From contig FIZK01000004.1 of assembly GCA_900018335.1 (NCBI GenBank), forward strand, positions 1 to 59,205: DNA of 59,205 nt, in the 5' to 3' direction. The DNA is from an uncultured Clostridia bacterium. GTDB lineage: Bacteria > Bacillota > Limnochordia > Darwinibacteriales > Darwinibacteriaceae. Shown in pieces: positions 35,934-45,420 of this stretch; the stretch's first letter is position 1, and each line of letters begins with the position of its first letter. The notes under the pieces were generated by a model. The model was not told the origin of the DNA, made no database searches, and saw nothing but the letters and a program-made list of their open reading frames with translations. The translations under genes were made by a program, and so were the position numbers.

Positions 35934-37067
35934 TTACAGCCACCCCGTAAGCAGGCGCAGCTGCAGCCAGAGCAGGCGCAGATAGTGCCGCCAAGGAGAT
36001 GTGAGTCCCATAAAGAGCAGGATGGGAATCATGGCGGCCAGCAGCAGAGGCAGGGCGCCGTAGGTAGTTTTGGGGCGGTATAACTCGCTCACCTTTTTGG
36101 CATCCAGCAGAATGGGCCCGATCTTCAAGCGGGTCAAGAAGGTGGAGGCCATGCCCGGGCGTCCCTTTTCCAGAAAATCGATCATGTTGGAATGCGAACC
36201 CACCAGTACGATGAGGTCAGCCCCATTCTCATGGGCCAGGAGCAGAGCCAGGTCTTCGCTGGTGCCCGGCGCAGGCACCACCTGGAACTCCACCCCCAAG
36301 TTAGCCAACCGCTCCGCACTGGGACAGCGCCCGTCGGGATAGGCGTGGGCGATGAGCTGGGCCCCGCAGCACAGTGCGGCATCAGTGACGCTGTCCATAT
36401 CCCCGATGATGATGTGGGGCCGGTATCCCTTTTGGAGCAGGGCGTCGGCGCCCCCATCCACACCCACCAAGACGGGGGCCGCCTCTTGGATGAACGGGGC
36501 CAGTACCTGCAGATCTTCCCGGTAACCCACTCCCCTGACAACCACCACCACCGTCTTGCCCCTGCAGCTTACTTTCAGGGGAGGGAACTGAATGTCCCCG
36601 AGTATCACATCCTTTTCCCGGAACGCATATTCCAAAGTGTTATTCACGAACTTCTCCAGTTCACGGGGCAGGTTGAACTGGGCGAACTTTTCCCGCATCT
36701 CGATCAGGTGCCCCGTGACCACAGTCCCCACCGCGATCACCCGGCCATCCTTGAGCACCTTCCGCCCATCTATTTCCACCACGTCTCCATCCTGAAGCAC
36801 GTTGAAGATGCCTTCGCCCACGTTGTCCAGGAGAGGCACCCCATGGTCGCGCAAAAGGCGGGGGCCCAAATTGGGATAGCGGCAGGTCAGAGAGGAACGG
36901 GCGTTGATCACCGCTGCCACCCCCGCTTCCACTAAACCAGCCGCGCCCACGGCATCCAGGTCTTCGTGGGCGATTACGGCGATCTCTTGGGCCCGCAGTC
37001 TTGCTGCCAGCTCCTTGGTGCGCTTTCCCAACCGAACCCTTCCCCGCACATCGGCACCCCCCAGCAA
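35934..37067 (-). CDS. steA: SteA-like putative cytokinetic ring protein
   Basis: Contains KRTKELAARLRAQEIAVIAHEDLD and a TPK-like middle region, with a C-terminal TM. The TTG at 37067 abuts the terminator U-tract, so GTG at 37049 is a plausible true start. Confidence 0.75.
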   Translation of the reverse strand: MLGGADVRGRVRLGKRTKELAARLRAQEIAVIAHEDLDAVGAAGLVEAGVAAVINARSSLTCRYPNLGPRLLRDHGVPLLDNVGEGIFNVLQDGDVVEIDGRKVLKDGRVIAVGTVVTGHLIEMREKFAQFNLPRELEKFVNNTLEYAFREKDVILGDIQFPPLKVSCRGKTVVVVVRGVGYREDLQVLAPFIQEAAPVLVGVDGGADALLQKGYRPHIIIGDMDSVTDAALCCGAQLIAHAYPDGRCPSAERLANLGVEFQVVPAPGTSEDLALLLAHENGADLIVLVGSHSNMIDFLEKGRPGMASTFLTRLKIGPILLDAKKVSELYRPKTTYGALPLLLAAMIPILLFMGLTSPWRHYLRLLWLQLRLLTGWL

Positions 37068-37095
37068 GAAAAAAGAGACGGCTAGTACCGTCTCT
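37066..37095 (-). terminator. Intrinsic terminator after spo0A
   Basis: Minus strand reads AGAGACGG-TACTAG-CCGTCTCT followed by TTTTTCTT. Confidence 0.85.
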
Positions 37096-37118
37096 AGTAT
37101 GTGCCTCTACCAGCACCC

Positions 37119-37874
37119 TTAGCCCTGAGTTTCCACTGCTAAAGCTACCAGATGCGCCATCTTGCTGATGAACTCCGAATTAGTGGGCTTACCCTTGTTC
37201 TCCGACACATACGGGAAAATCTGATAGAGCTGATCCACGTTTCCCTTCTCCCATGCCGCCTCCAGGGCATAGCGCATGGCCCGCTCCACCTGGGCTCCGC
37301 TCACGGCAAAACGCTGGCCGATTGCCGGATACAGGTTCTGCGTCACCGAATTGAGCCACTCGGGGTGAACTGCGGCCAGCCAGATCCCTTCAATCAAGTA
37401 CCGGTAGCCCTTATAGTGCGGGGGTATGCCCATGCGTTCAAAGTAGGCCACGCAGACATCGTAGACCTGCTTGTAAGTGGCTTCCCGCAGGGGTAATTCG
37501 GTTAAGGGCCGCAGTAGTTGTTTGATCCGCTTCTCCAGCACAACGAGATCCACTGGGCGCAGCAGGAAGTAATCTGCACCGAGCTCCGCAGCCTGCGCCA
37601 GTAAACGCTCACCGGGAGGCGTCTGGGATATCATGATCACCTTTGTTTCCTCAGCCCTGAGGCTTGTCCTGATCCTTTTCAGAGCTGCCATTCCCCCCTG
37701 GGGCTGGCAGTTAAAGTCCAGGAGTATGATCTGGGGCTTGTCCATGAGCAAAACGTGCTCCAGATCAGCAGAGCAGTCCCAGCCTTGGTAGGAAAAGCCG
37801 TCCAGCCGGCTGAAATAGGCGGCTACTTCCTCCCGAAAGGCCTCATCGCCATCGAACTGAAAAACACGGATCAT
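37119..37874 (-). CDS. spo0A: Sporulation master regulator Spo0A (divergent receiver domain)
   Basis: The C-terminal domain has Spo0A signatures GIPPHYKGYRYLIEGI, AQVERAMRYALEAAWEKGN and KGKPTNSEFISKMA. The receiver domain reads DGD, LLD, S and LRP. Confidence 0.9.
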   Translation of the reverse strand: MIRVFQFDGDEAFREEVAAYFSRLDGFSYQGWDCSADLEHVLLMDKPQIILLDFNCQPQGGMAALKRIRTSLRAEETKVIMISQTPPGERLLAQAAELGADYFLLRPVDLVVLEKRIKQLLRPLTELPLREATYKQVYDVCVAYFERMGIPPHYKGYRYLIEGIWLAAVHPEWLNSVTQNLYPAIGQRFAVSGAQVERAMRYALEAAWEKGNVDQLYQIFPYVSENKGKPTNSEFISKMAHLVALAVETQG

Positions 37875-37888
37875 CCCTCGATCCCCCT

Positions 37889-38755
37889 TTACCCCACGCG
37901 TCCGGCCAGCAAGAAGGTTCTAGTGATTGGCGAATAATGGAAGTTCTTCTCCAGGCGAAAGCCCACTATCTCCCCTGTGGAACTCATATGGATCCTAGGC
38001 CCCGAACACTTCAGCTTCTCGCTGCCAATGAGGATGGTGTGATCATTGAACACGCTGATGGGCAGATCCTGTTCAATGTATTCCAGGACACGCCTCTCCA
38101 CTTCCGCCAAGTCCACTTCCGGCTTACGGGTGAACTCCACCACAAACCCCCTACGCACATCGCTGTGGAATGTGGGCGGCTCGATGCCCATCTGCTCCAG
38201 GACGATGCCAGTCAGGTCTTCAGCACTGTGGGCCATCTTCCTGTAAACCAAGGATTCATAGGCCGCCTCCGCGATCTCCCCGGGGAAAGGCCCAAACAGA
38301 GTGGGAATGGTCACCACCACTTCCTCTCCGATCCCGATGAGCACCTCCGCGTTCACGTTGAGCAGCGGGTAAAGCAACTCGAAGTGTTCAACTATCACCC
38401 GGCGCCCTGCGGAAATGGCCTTTTTCACCGCCTCTGCCAGCTCCCAAAGGGGCGTAAAGGCCATTTCAAAACGGACGTCCAAGTGATAGGTGTGCGTCCT
38501 GAAGTAGTCCGCCTGGGCATCATCCAGAACCGGCAGGGGACGGACATTCACACCGTCATCATCGTTAGTGAGGACCAGGCCGGGAAACATGCCCCTGATA
38601 ATCAGTGATTTGCCCGCACCGGCATCGCCGATGACTCCAATGAGCAGAGCTTCGGCGTCTAGGTAACGTTGGGCGATGATCTGCCCCAGATGCATGAGGC
38701 GCTGACGACCCCTGGGTGCGTAATAGGCTGCTTTCACCAGCGTGATATAGTGCAT
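37889..38755 (-). CDS. P-loop NTPase of unknown function (PRK/uridine-kinase-like Walker A)
   Basis: Has IGVIGDAGAGKS near the N-terminus and an unrecognised C-terminal ~170 aa. ATG at 38755 lies 1 nt after the hydratase stop. Confidence 0.45.
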   Translation of the reverse strand: MHYITLVKAAYYAPRGRQRLMHLGQIIAQRYLDAEALLIGVIGDAGAGKSLIIRGMFPGLVLTNDDDGVNVRPLPVLDDAQADYFRTHTYHLDVRFEMAFTPLWELAEAVKKAISAGRRVIVEHFELLYPLLNVNAEVLIGIGEEVVVTIPTLFGPFPGEIAEAAYESLVYRKMAHSAEDLTGIVLEQMGIEPPTFHSDVRRGFVVEFTRKPEVDLAEVERRVLEYIEQDLPISVFNDHTILIGSEKLKCSGPRIHMSSTGEIVGFRLEKNFHYSPITRTFLLAGRVG

Positions 38756-38756
38756 T

Positions 38757-39599
38757 TCACAGCACCGCCTCGGCATGCCGCGCCACGTGGCAGTTAATGT
38801 TCACAGCCACGGGCAGCCCGGCAATATGCGTGGGATAGACGTCGACAAACAGAGCTAGAGCCGTCTGGGTCCCCCCAAAACCCTGGGGACCCACTCCAGT
38901 CTTGTTCACCAGTTCCAATAGTTCAGCTTCCAGCTGAGCTATATGAGGTTCGGGATGCTTGGAGCCAACCTCGCGCAGCACGGCCTTTTTCGCCAGCAAA
39001 GCGGCTTTTTCCATGGTGCCTCCAATGCCCACACCGATAATGATGGGCGGGCAGGGGTTGCCGCCCGCCTCGCTCACCGCCTTGACCACGAAATCCTTAA
39101 TGCCTTGGACCCCATCGGCCGGTTTGAGCATCTTCAAGGCAGACATGTTTTCGCTGCCAAATCCCTTGGGGGCCACGATCAAGCGCAGCTGATCACCGGC
39201 CACCAGGGAAACGTGGAGTACGGCCGGGGTGTTGTCCTTGGTGTTCACCCTCTGGATGGGGTCGCCCACAACGCTCTTGCGGAAGAACCCTTCCTCGTAA
39301 GCCTGACGAACTCCTTCGTTCACTGCATCGCTGAGTAGGCCCCCCTCTAGGCGCACCTCCTGGCCCACTTCCGCGAAAACCACTACCATGCCCGTATCCT
39401 GGCAGAGGGGCATCTTCTTCTCCCGGGCAATCTGGGCGTTCTGCAAGATCACATCCAGGACATGCTGACCCAAGGGCGACTCCTCCTTCTGTTCCGCCTC
39501 CACCAGCGCCTGGAAAACATCCATGGGCAGGTTGCAGTTGGCATCCAGGCAGAGTTCCTTGACCTTGGCCACAATCTCCTCAAACCTGATCACTCTCAC
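38757..39599 (-). CDS. Fe-S tartrate/fumarate-type hydro-lyase alpha subunit; candidate mesaconase alpha
   Basis: 280 aa with CQDTG, NPCPP and NCHVARH, the cysteine motifs of class I fumarase/TtdA alpha. No beta subunit gene is adjacent. Confidence 0.8.
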   Translation of the reverse strand: MRVIRFEEIVAKVKELCLDANCNLPMDVFQALVEAEQKEESPLGQHVLDVILQNAQIAREKKMPLCQDTGMVVVFAEVGQEVRLEGGLLSDAVNEGVRQAYEEGFFRKSVVGDPIQRVNTKDNTPAVLHVSLVAGDQLRLIVAPKGFGSENMSALKMLKPADGVQGIKDFVVKAVSEAGGNPCPPIIIGVGIGGTMEKAALLAKKAVLREVGSKHPEPHIAQLEAELLELVNKTGVGPQGFGGTQTALALFVDVYPTHIAGLPVAVNINCHVARHAEAVL

Positions 39600-39609
39600 A
39601 GCTCATCGC

Positions 39610-40857
39610 CTACCTTGCTTTACTTTTCAGTAAGGCCACCAGACGGTTCATCTCGTTGGTGCAGATGCACAGGCCCTCATCCACTCCCATACCTGGTTTA
39701 GACAGTATCTGGCGGGGCCTGGTGGCCACTGCCAACTGAACGGTAATCTGTGCGGAGCGCTCCGTCTCGTTGCAGGTTCCTCCGAGATAGGGAATGACGC
39801 CGTGCTCACGGCAGAACAATACCGCTTCCACTGAATTATTGATGCCGCCTAGATCCGGTGCCTTGATCTGGATCATATGCCCGGCTTTGGCGAGCACGAA
39901 GTCCTTAATATCTTCAAGGGTATTGCACCACTCATCGGCCACAAACTGCACAGGGATGTTGTGCTTGTCCACATAGGCCCGCAGCTCCGCCATGACCCTG
40001 ATCTGCTCTTCCTTGGAACCGCAGTCCACAGGTCCCTCAATGGCCAGTCGATGCGGTGCCACCAGCTCTGCCAACTGCTTGGTGTACTCCCCAATGGCCT
40101 CAATGTCATTGTCGAAAGCCTCTCCGATGGTCCCATACACATCAACTTGAAAATCAGGCAGGTAATCTTCGTCCACCCTGAGCTCCTGGACCCGCTGTTT
40201 TAGCCAAGCCAAATAGTCCCTGAGGTGTTCTCCCTGTCTGCCCAGCTTGTTGATGTTGTTGAACAAGCCATGGGGCAGCACGTCCACGTGCTTGATGATC
40301 ATGCGATCAGCGTTCAGCCTACGATCATCGCCGGTTTGAGCAAAAATCTTCACAGGTGCAGCTTTGAGCTCCAGGCCATACTCTTCCACGATCACCTCTG
40401 CCATGGTGAGCTTCCTACTCCTGGCCACGGCATCGAGGATAGCTTGGGTGACTCCGTAGCGAATGGCGGTGTGCAGCGGCTTATCCTCTCCGTTGCGCAG
40501 TCCGTCAATCTCCTCAGCGAGTGCACGGAAGGAGGTGAGTTTGCGCCCAATCAACCTGGGTACAACGTATTCTTGAATCTGGGGAATGTATTTATCAGCC
40601 AGGAAGAGCGGATCCCGTCCCCCTGCACCTGAGTACTGAACCGCGGCACAGTCCCCGTAGGCCACCTGGCCATCGTCCAAGACCAACTGGATGGAAACGC
40701 TCTCCCCAGCTTGGCGAATCTTCACAAAACCAGGGGTAACCGGCACGCCGTCATAGGTGAGCCCATTCTCCGTGAAGTTTCCTTGGCGAATGGCCCGCTG
40801 GTCATCGAAATAAAACCCTGTGAGTCCCTTTGAAAGTACAACATCCTTGATAATCAT
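39610..40857 (-). CDS. mal: 3-methylaspartate ammonia-lyase
   Basis: 415 aa enolase-superfamily protein with the MAL-like N-terminus MIIKDVV, GLTGFYFDDQ and a barrel region. Confidence 0.9.
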   Translation of the reverse strand: MIIKDVVLSKGLTGFYFDDQRAIRQGNFTENGLTYDGVPVTPGFVKIRQAGESVSIQLVLDDGQVAYGDCAAVQYSGAGGRDPLFLADKYIPQIQEYVVPRLIGRKLTSFRALAEEIDGLRNGEDKPLHTAIRYGVTQAILDAVARSRKLTMAEVIVEEYGLELKAAPVKIFAQTGDDRRLNADRMIIKHVDVLPHGLFNNINKLGRQGEHLRDYLAWLKQRVQELRVDEDYLPDFQVDVYGTIGEAFDNDIEAIGEYTKQLAELVAPHRLAIEGPVDCGSKEEQIRVMAELRAYVDKHNIPVQFVADEWCNTLEDIKDFVLAKAGHMIQIKAPDLGGINNSVEAVLFCREHGVIPYLGGTCNETERSAQITVQLAVATRPRQILSKPGMGVDEGLCICTNEMNRLVALLKSKAR

Positions 40858-40878
40858 GCCAACACTCCTTCCAGTAGT

Positions 40879-41181
40879 CTAAAATGTTAGCTCCAATAAG
40901 GGCGCGTGTTGTTGAGCTCCGTAAACATCGGTTTCTCCCAGATCTCCCGAAGCCCTGGGCCGCACAATGGTAACCTTCACGGCATGGGCGGGGGCGAAAT
41001 GGACGATGGACAGCACTTGGCTTTCCTCTATTTTGTACAGCGCAGCGATCTTTTCCTTGGTGATGCTGTGCTTGACCTGCTCATAGGTCTCTTCGTCGGG
41101 AAACATGAGATCAAAAGTCAATTCATAAGGCCCTGCATTTTTGCTGCGGATAACCGAAGCCACGTCTTTCACGTACCGCAT
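40879..41181 (-). CDS. DUF4387 (AtuA C-terminal ferredoxin-fold-like) protein
   Basis: 100 aa with MRYVKDVASVIRSKNAGPYELTFDLMF. It lies 3 nt after the DUF1446 gene. Confidence 0.6.
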   Translation of the reverse strand: MRYVKDVASVIRSKNAGPYELTFDLMFPDEETYEQVKHSITKEKIAALYKIEESQVLSIVHFAPAHAVKVTIVRPRASGDLGETDVYGAQQHAPLLELTF

Positions 41182-41184
41182 GGC

Positions 41185-42534
41185 TCACTCCTCCCTAATC
41201 TCCATGGAGAACAACCCCTTGGGATCATCCACTTCCAGGAGATGATAGACGTTAAACCTGTACACGGCTCCTGCAGAGATATCGGAGGGCGAGTATGGAA
41301 AGGCCAGGTTCCCAGCGGTGGATTTCCGCCCCGGATACCCGTAATGCAGGAGCGTGGACCTGAAGAAACTGCAGATGGTGTCGGCAATCTCTTGAGTGGG
41401 AGCCACCGCCTCCATGACCAGTCCCAGCTCATGGGCGGGCTGCGCCTGCGGTTCCAAACTGCCCATCACTCCGTCCTTCCCGTAGCGATGGACGTGGAGC
41501 TGGTAGTCGCGCAGATCGCGGAAGTTGTCCGCTACCCGTTCCTTTACCGCGGCGATGATCTCGTCGATCTGACTGATCATTATGGGATCCCTCACACCGG
41601 CGATGCTGATGGTGCGAAAGCCAACCCGACGCGCTCCTTCCAGCTTGAGGAAGTACTTCTCTGTGGGAACAAACCGGGTTCCCCACACCTTGACCTTACC
41701 ACCGGGTAGCTCCTGGAAGTTGGTCTGCCGCAAATCCAACCTACCCCCTGGTCCAGGCAGGGAATAGGGATCGCTCTTCTCATAGAGCGTATGGGCAGCC
41801 ACCGACAGTTTAGTGCAGGTTCGCTCTGGGTTCAAGGCCTCCAGGACAAAGCAGTCATCGTGCAGGTAACCGAAAAGGCTGTCACTGCCGCTGCCGGGAC
41901 TGGCCGCGATGGCCGCGCATTCCAGAATCTTCCCCATGTGCAAGGCCAGGGCCAGATCATAGCCCTTCAGCACCGGCAGCGCCGCAAACACCGTGGGGTC
42001 ATATGCCCTTCCGGCAACGATGATCTGAGCCCCTTCCTCCAGGGCCTGCATGATGGGCTCCAAACCCATCTGGGCCACGATATGTACGCTTTCAGAGATC
42101 TCCTCTTCGGTGAGGTCATCCACTGGCCCCAGGGGCTGGACCCGGCCGCGCCGCTGCTCCTTGAGGAGGAAGTCCCGATCCACATCACTGTAGATGACCG
42201 CCAGTTTGGCGGTGGCCTTCAGCTCGCCCAGAACCTCCCGGACTATGGACACGGTCCAATCCACATGGGGTTTGGCTCCGGAGCCGCCCGCCGTACCGAT
42301 GATCAAAGGTATGCGGCGCTCCAGGGCCGCTTGAATCAAATAGTGGAGATCCCTTTTCACCGGAGCCCGCTGGGTAAAGGACTTCCCAGCGCCCAGGTAA
42401 TAGGGGCCGGGATCGGTGGACCCGGCATCTACCGCAATGACATGGGGGTCGCGGTCCAAACCTGCCTGAAAGGAAGACAGGGGAAAACCATAACCTAAAA
42501 TCGCTGTGGGCGAAAGAATTCTCAGTTCACTCAA
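41185..42534 (-). CDS. DUF1446 / AtuA-like protein (N-terminal part of a split AtuA)
   Basis: 449 aa with LRILSPTAILGYGFP and AVDAGSTDPGPYYLG. It sits between glmE and mal. Confidence 0.65.
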   Translation of the reverse strand: MSELRILSPTAILGYGFPLSSFQAGLDRDPHVIAVDAGSTDPGPYYLGAGKSFTQRAPVKRDLHYLIQAALERRIPLIIGTAGGSGAKPHVDWTVSIVREVLGELKATAKLAVIYSDVDRDFLLKEQRRGRVQPLGPVDDLTEEEISESVHIVAQMGLEPIMQALEEGAQIIVAGRAYDPTVFAALPVLKGYDLALALHMGKILECAAIAASPGSGSDSLFGYLHDDCFVLEALNPERTCTKLSVAAHTLYEKSDPYSLPGPGGRLDLRQTNFQELPGGKVKVWGTRFVPTEKYFLKLEGARRVGFRTISIAGVRDPIMISQIDEIIAAVKERVADNFRDLRDYQLHVHRYGKDGVMGSLEPQAQPAHELGLVMEAVAPTQEIADTICSFFRSTLLHYGYPGRKSTAGNLAFPYSPSDISAGAVYRFNVYHLLEVDDPKGLFSMEIREE

Positions 42535-42546
42535 TGCTCATCTCTC

Positions 42547-44004
42547 CTAACGGGGGCGCCCCACTAATCTGCCCTGACCTACAGCATAGATGTCGTCAAT
42601 CACCATCTGGAAACTGGGGGGCCGCCGCTCCGCCTGACCCCTTTCTGCCAGCTTGGCACGGTGGAAATCTTGAATCTCCTTGGGGAAAGGCAGATTGCCC
42701 CACTGCAGGAAGCGTACCGCCCCGTCGTTATCCCGGGCGGGCATTGTTCTGCCCAGGTTAAAGGTGCTGGGGGCAAAGGGGACATCGATCACCCCCGCGG
42801 CAAACGCCCGTACCGCCCCTAAGGCCCAATCGCCCTCACCCAGCTCCAGGGTTTTGTTCAAGATGGAGCGGGTTTCCTGCAGGATGATCTCCCGTTCCGC
42901 GGCTAGCTGCGGATTCTCAGGGAACACCTGATCCTGCAGCATGTTCAGGACTTGCTTAGTGGCCCGGATCCCCTGGGCGTTAGCTTCCTTGGTGGGAATG
43001 CCCAGGGCCTCGTGGGTGGTTTTGACGATCACCTTGGTTGCCTTACCCAACGCTGCGGTCATGCTTCCCAGGGCGATGACACCGTATGCTTTGGCTTCGT
43101 CTTTGGGGAAACCGCCCATCCACTGGTGGAACACGGTGGTGATCTCCACATCATAGATATTCTCTGCCCTCAGGTACTCTTCTGCCAAGGTGATCAGGGT
43201 CTGGAGGGCTGCCACATCCTGAATGACATTGCCGCATTGGCCGTAACCCAATGTGATGCTCTTCACACCCTGCTTGGCTGCTAAAACCGCTTCGATCACC
43301 GCCACGCTGTGGGACACACAGGGCGCAACCAGAGTGCCCGTGAGAGGGCCGAAAGGCTCACGGTTGATGGGGATCCCCTGTTCCTCATAGAACCCAACTA
43401 AGCGGTCCACGTACTGCCAGTGGCGGATGCTTTCTTCTAAGGGTACGCGCTTGGCGTAGGGAATATTGTAGGAAATGCCCCCGCCTTCGAAGGCGGTGAA
43501 ACCCGCGGCCAGGGTAATCTCCGCAAGCAGGCGGGCATCTGGAGTGCCGTGGCGCACTTGCAGCGGGCGGGACAAACCTTCCACCAACCGCCGACAGCTG
43601 GCCACCCCATGGTTGACAGCCGGGAAGCCGTTGAGCAGCGACCGGCCTTCCCGTATGCTCTCCGCCAAGGCCTTCTCCGCCTCCTCGTAGCGGTTCTGCC
43701 TGGTATAAGAGTCTATGGTTGTAGGCAGAAGATCTGCTTCCCCCTTATCCTGTAAGAACAACAGCAGTTCCAGATGGCTGTTGAGATCGGCGACACCCGC
43801 CCGGGGCTGAGCGAGCGTTTTGCCAGCGGCTTTGGCCCGGCTCAAACACCGGGCGAAGTTGAGCTCAGGATTGAGTTTGCTGTGAAACGCCACCGCCTCA
43901 GCCAAATCCACTTCCTGCCCCGTGGGCCAGCTTGCCAGGACCTGCTCCCTTTCCTCTGTTAGTTGATTCCAATCTAGTTTCTCATGGTTGAGCCCCTCAC
44001 CCAC
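42547..44004 (-). CDS. glmE: Glutamate mutase (methylaspartate mutase) epsilon subunit
   Basis: 485 aa large TIM-barrel subunit. It starts immediately after the glmL stop. Confidence 0.9.
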   Translation of the reverse strand: MGEGLNHEKLDWNQLTEEREQVLASWPTGQEVDLAEAVAFHSKLNPELNFARCLSRAKAAGKTLAQPRAGVADLNSHLELLLFLQDKGEADLLPTTIDSYTRQNRYEEAEKALAESIREGRSLLNGFPAVNHGVASCRRLVEGLSRPLQVRHGTPDARLLAEITLAAGFTAFEGGGISYNIPYAKRVPLEESIRHWQYVDRLVGFYEEQGIPINREPFGPLTGTLVAPCVSHSVAVIEAVLAAKQGVKSITLGYGQCGNVIQDVAALQTLITLAEEYLRAENIYDVEITTVFHQWMGGFPKDEAKAYGVIALGSMTAALGKATKVIVKTTHEALGIPTKEANAQGIRATKQVLNMLQDQVFPENPQLAAEREIILQETRSILNKTLELGEGDWALGAVRAFAAGVIDVPFAPSTFNLGRTMPARDNDGAVRFLQWGNLPFPKEIQDFHRAKLAERGQAERRPPSFQMVIDDIYAVGQGRLVGRPR

Positions 44005-45405
44005 CTACTGTTCCCTCCTCGCCAGCTTGTAATTGCTCAAAGAGTCCGTCAAAATGTCAAAGGCAGCATCTGGCTCTTCTTGGGCCAACAAGCCCATGCT
44101 GGCCAGAATGTAGCTGCCATCCAAGAAAAACAGGGGATCTTCTGGCCTGAGCTCCAGGGGTGCATCCCCCTGTTTGCCCGCGCCTTCCAGCACCGCCAGC
44201 GGGTCATGGCTTCTCACCAATACGCCGCCTGTGCCGATCACCGTTGCCACTGAAGAGAGGTCCTTACCCTCCTGAACCCAGACCAGACCAGCAGGCGTGT
44301 ACAGCTCCGAAAGGCGGCCCACGTGCCGGCTTACGGCATGCGCTACTGCCAGGCGAGCCAGCACCCGGTCAAAATGCCACTCCTCGTCGCTTTCAGGCAG
44401 TGTATCCGGGTGTGCGTGGAGCAGTTCTGCCCTGCTTTCCACTTCCTCTCGGGTCCAGTTCACCTCCTGAGCCAGTACATCTGGGCCCACTGTCTCCATG
44501 AGGGAGAGCACGCTCACCCTCACCCCAAGATCTCCTTCAACAGTGCGTTTTGCATAGGGCTCCGGCAGGCCTCGCACCACAACGCCCGCCCGGGTCGGCA
44601 GTCCCTTACCTAGCGAATGGACATCGGTGGTGGCACCACCCACGTCGACAATGAGCAGATCACCCCAGCCTTTTCGGGCCGCAGTCCCCTGGCTTAAGAG
44701 CTGGCCAGCGCGGAGAACGGCTGCCGGCGTGGGCATGAAGATCCCCTCAATCCAGCGGCCGGCTTTGTCCAGGCCCTTCGCGTAGATGATTTTTTCCATG
44801 AAAACGCGGCGAATCACTTCCCGGGCCGGATCAACCTGCAGCTGGCCGATTTGCGGCATCACGTTTGGGGCAATGTAGGTACTGAACTCTGGGGGAAAGC
44901 AAGCTGCCACTTCCTGGGCCACGGAGCGGTTGCCCGCAATGACCACAGGCACCGGATTGGGCAGGCTGGCTAACACTTTGGCATTGTGCAGGATGTTTTC
45001 CCTGTTGCCCCCATCAGTTCCACCGGCTAGGAGGATGATGTCGGGCTGAAGCTCGATGATTTCCTCGCGGTCGGCTTCAGTGAGCTGGAAGGAGTAGGTG
45101 CTTAAAACCCGCGCACCGGCTCCCAAGGCTGCCAGCCTCGCTGCTTTGGCCGTCAGGTCCTGCACCAAGCCGATGGCCACCATGCGCAGCCCCCCGGCAG
45201 CACTGGAGCAGGCCAGCTTTCTAGCCTGCCGCAGCTGCTCTGCATCAAGTCCCAGGCCCTGCAGTGCGTTCCTCAGGCCGATGCTCACGTCCTCGATGGT
45301 GGTGGGCGCGCTGGATTGAGCCAAAATGCGCCTTTGGCCTATGTCTACGGCGGTCACTTTCGTAAAGGTGCTTCCAATATCTACGAGAACCCAGCTGCCG
45401 CTCAT
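44005..45405 (-). CDS. glmL: Glutamate mutase reactivating/chaperone protein GlmL (MutL), ASKHA fold
   Basis: Contains VLVDIGSTFTKV and DVGGATTD actin-like ATPase motifs. ATG at 45405 follows GGGGGG. Confidence 0.85.
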   Translation of the reverse strand: MSGSWVLVDIGSTFTKVTAVDIGQRRILAQSSAPTTIEDVSIGLRNALQGLGLDAEQLRQARKLACSSAAGGLRMVAIGLVQDLTAKAARLAALGAGARVLSTYSFQLTEADREEIIELQPDIILLAGGTDGGNRENILHNAKVLASLPNPVPVVIAGNRSVAQEVAACFPPEFSTYIAPNVMPQIGQLQVDPAREVIRRVFMEKIIYAKGLDKAGRWIEGIFMPTPAAVLRAGQLLSQGTAARKGWGDLLIVDVGGATTDVHSLGKGLPTRAGVVVRGLPEPYAKRTVEGDLGVRVSVLSLMETVGPDVLAQEVNWTREEVESRAELLHAHPDTLPESDEEWHFDRVLARLAVAHAVSRHVGRLSELYTPAGLVWVQEGKDLSSVATVIGTGGVLVRSHDPLAVLEGAGKQGDAPLELRPEDPLFFLDGSYILASMGLLAQEEPDAAFDILTDSLSNYKLARREQ

Positions 45406-45420
45406 CAAAAAACCCCCCAA

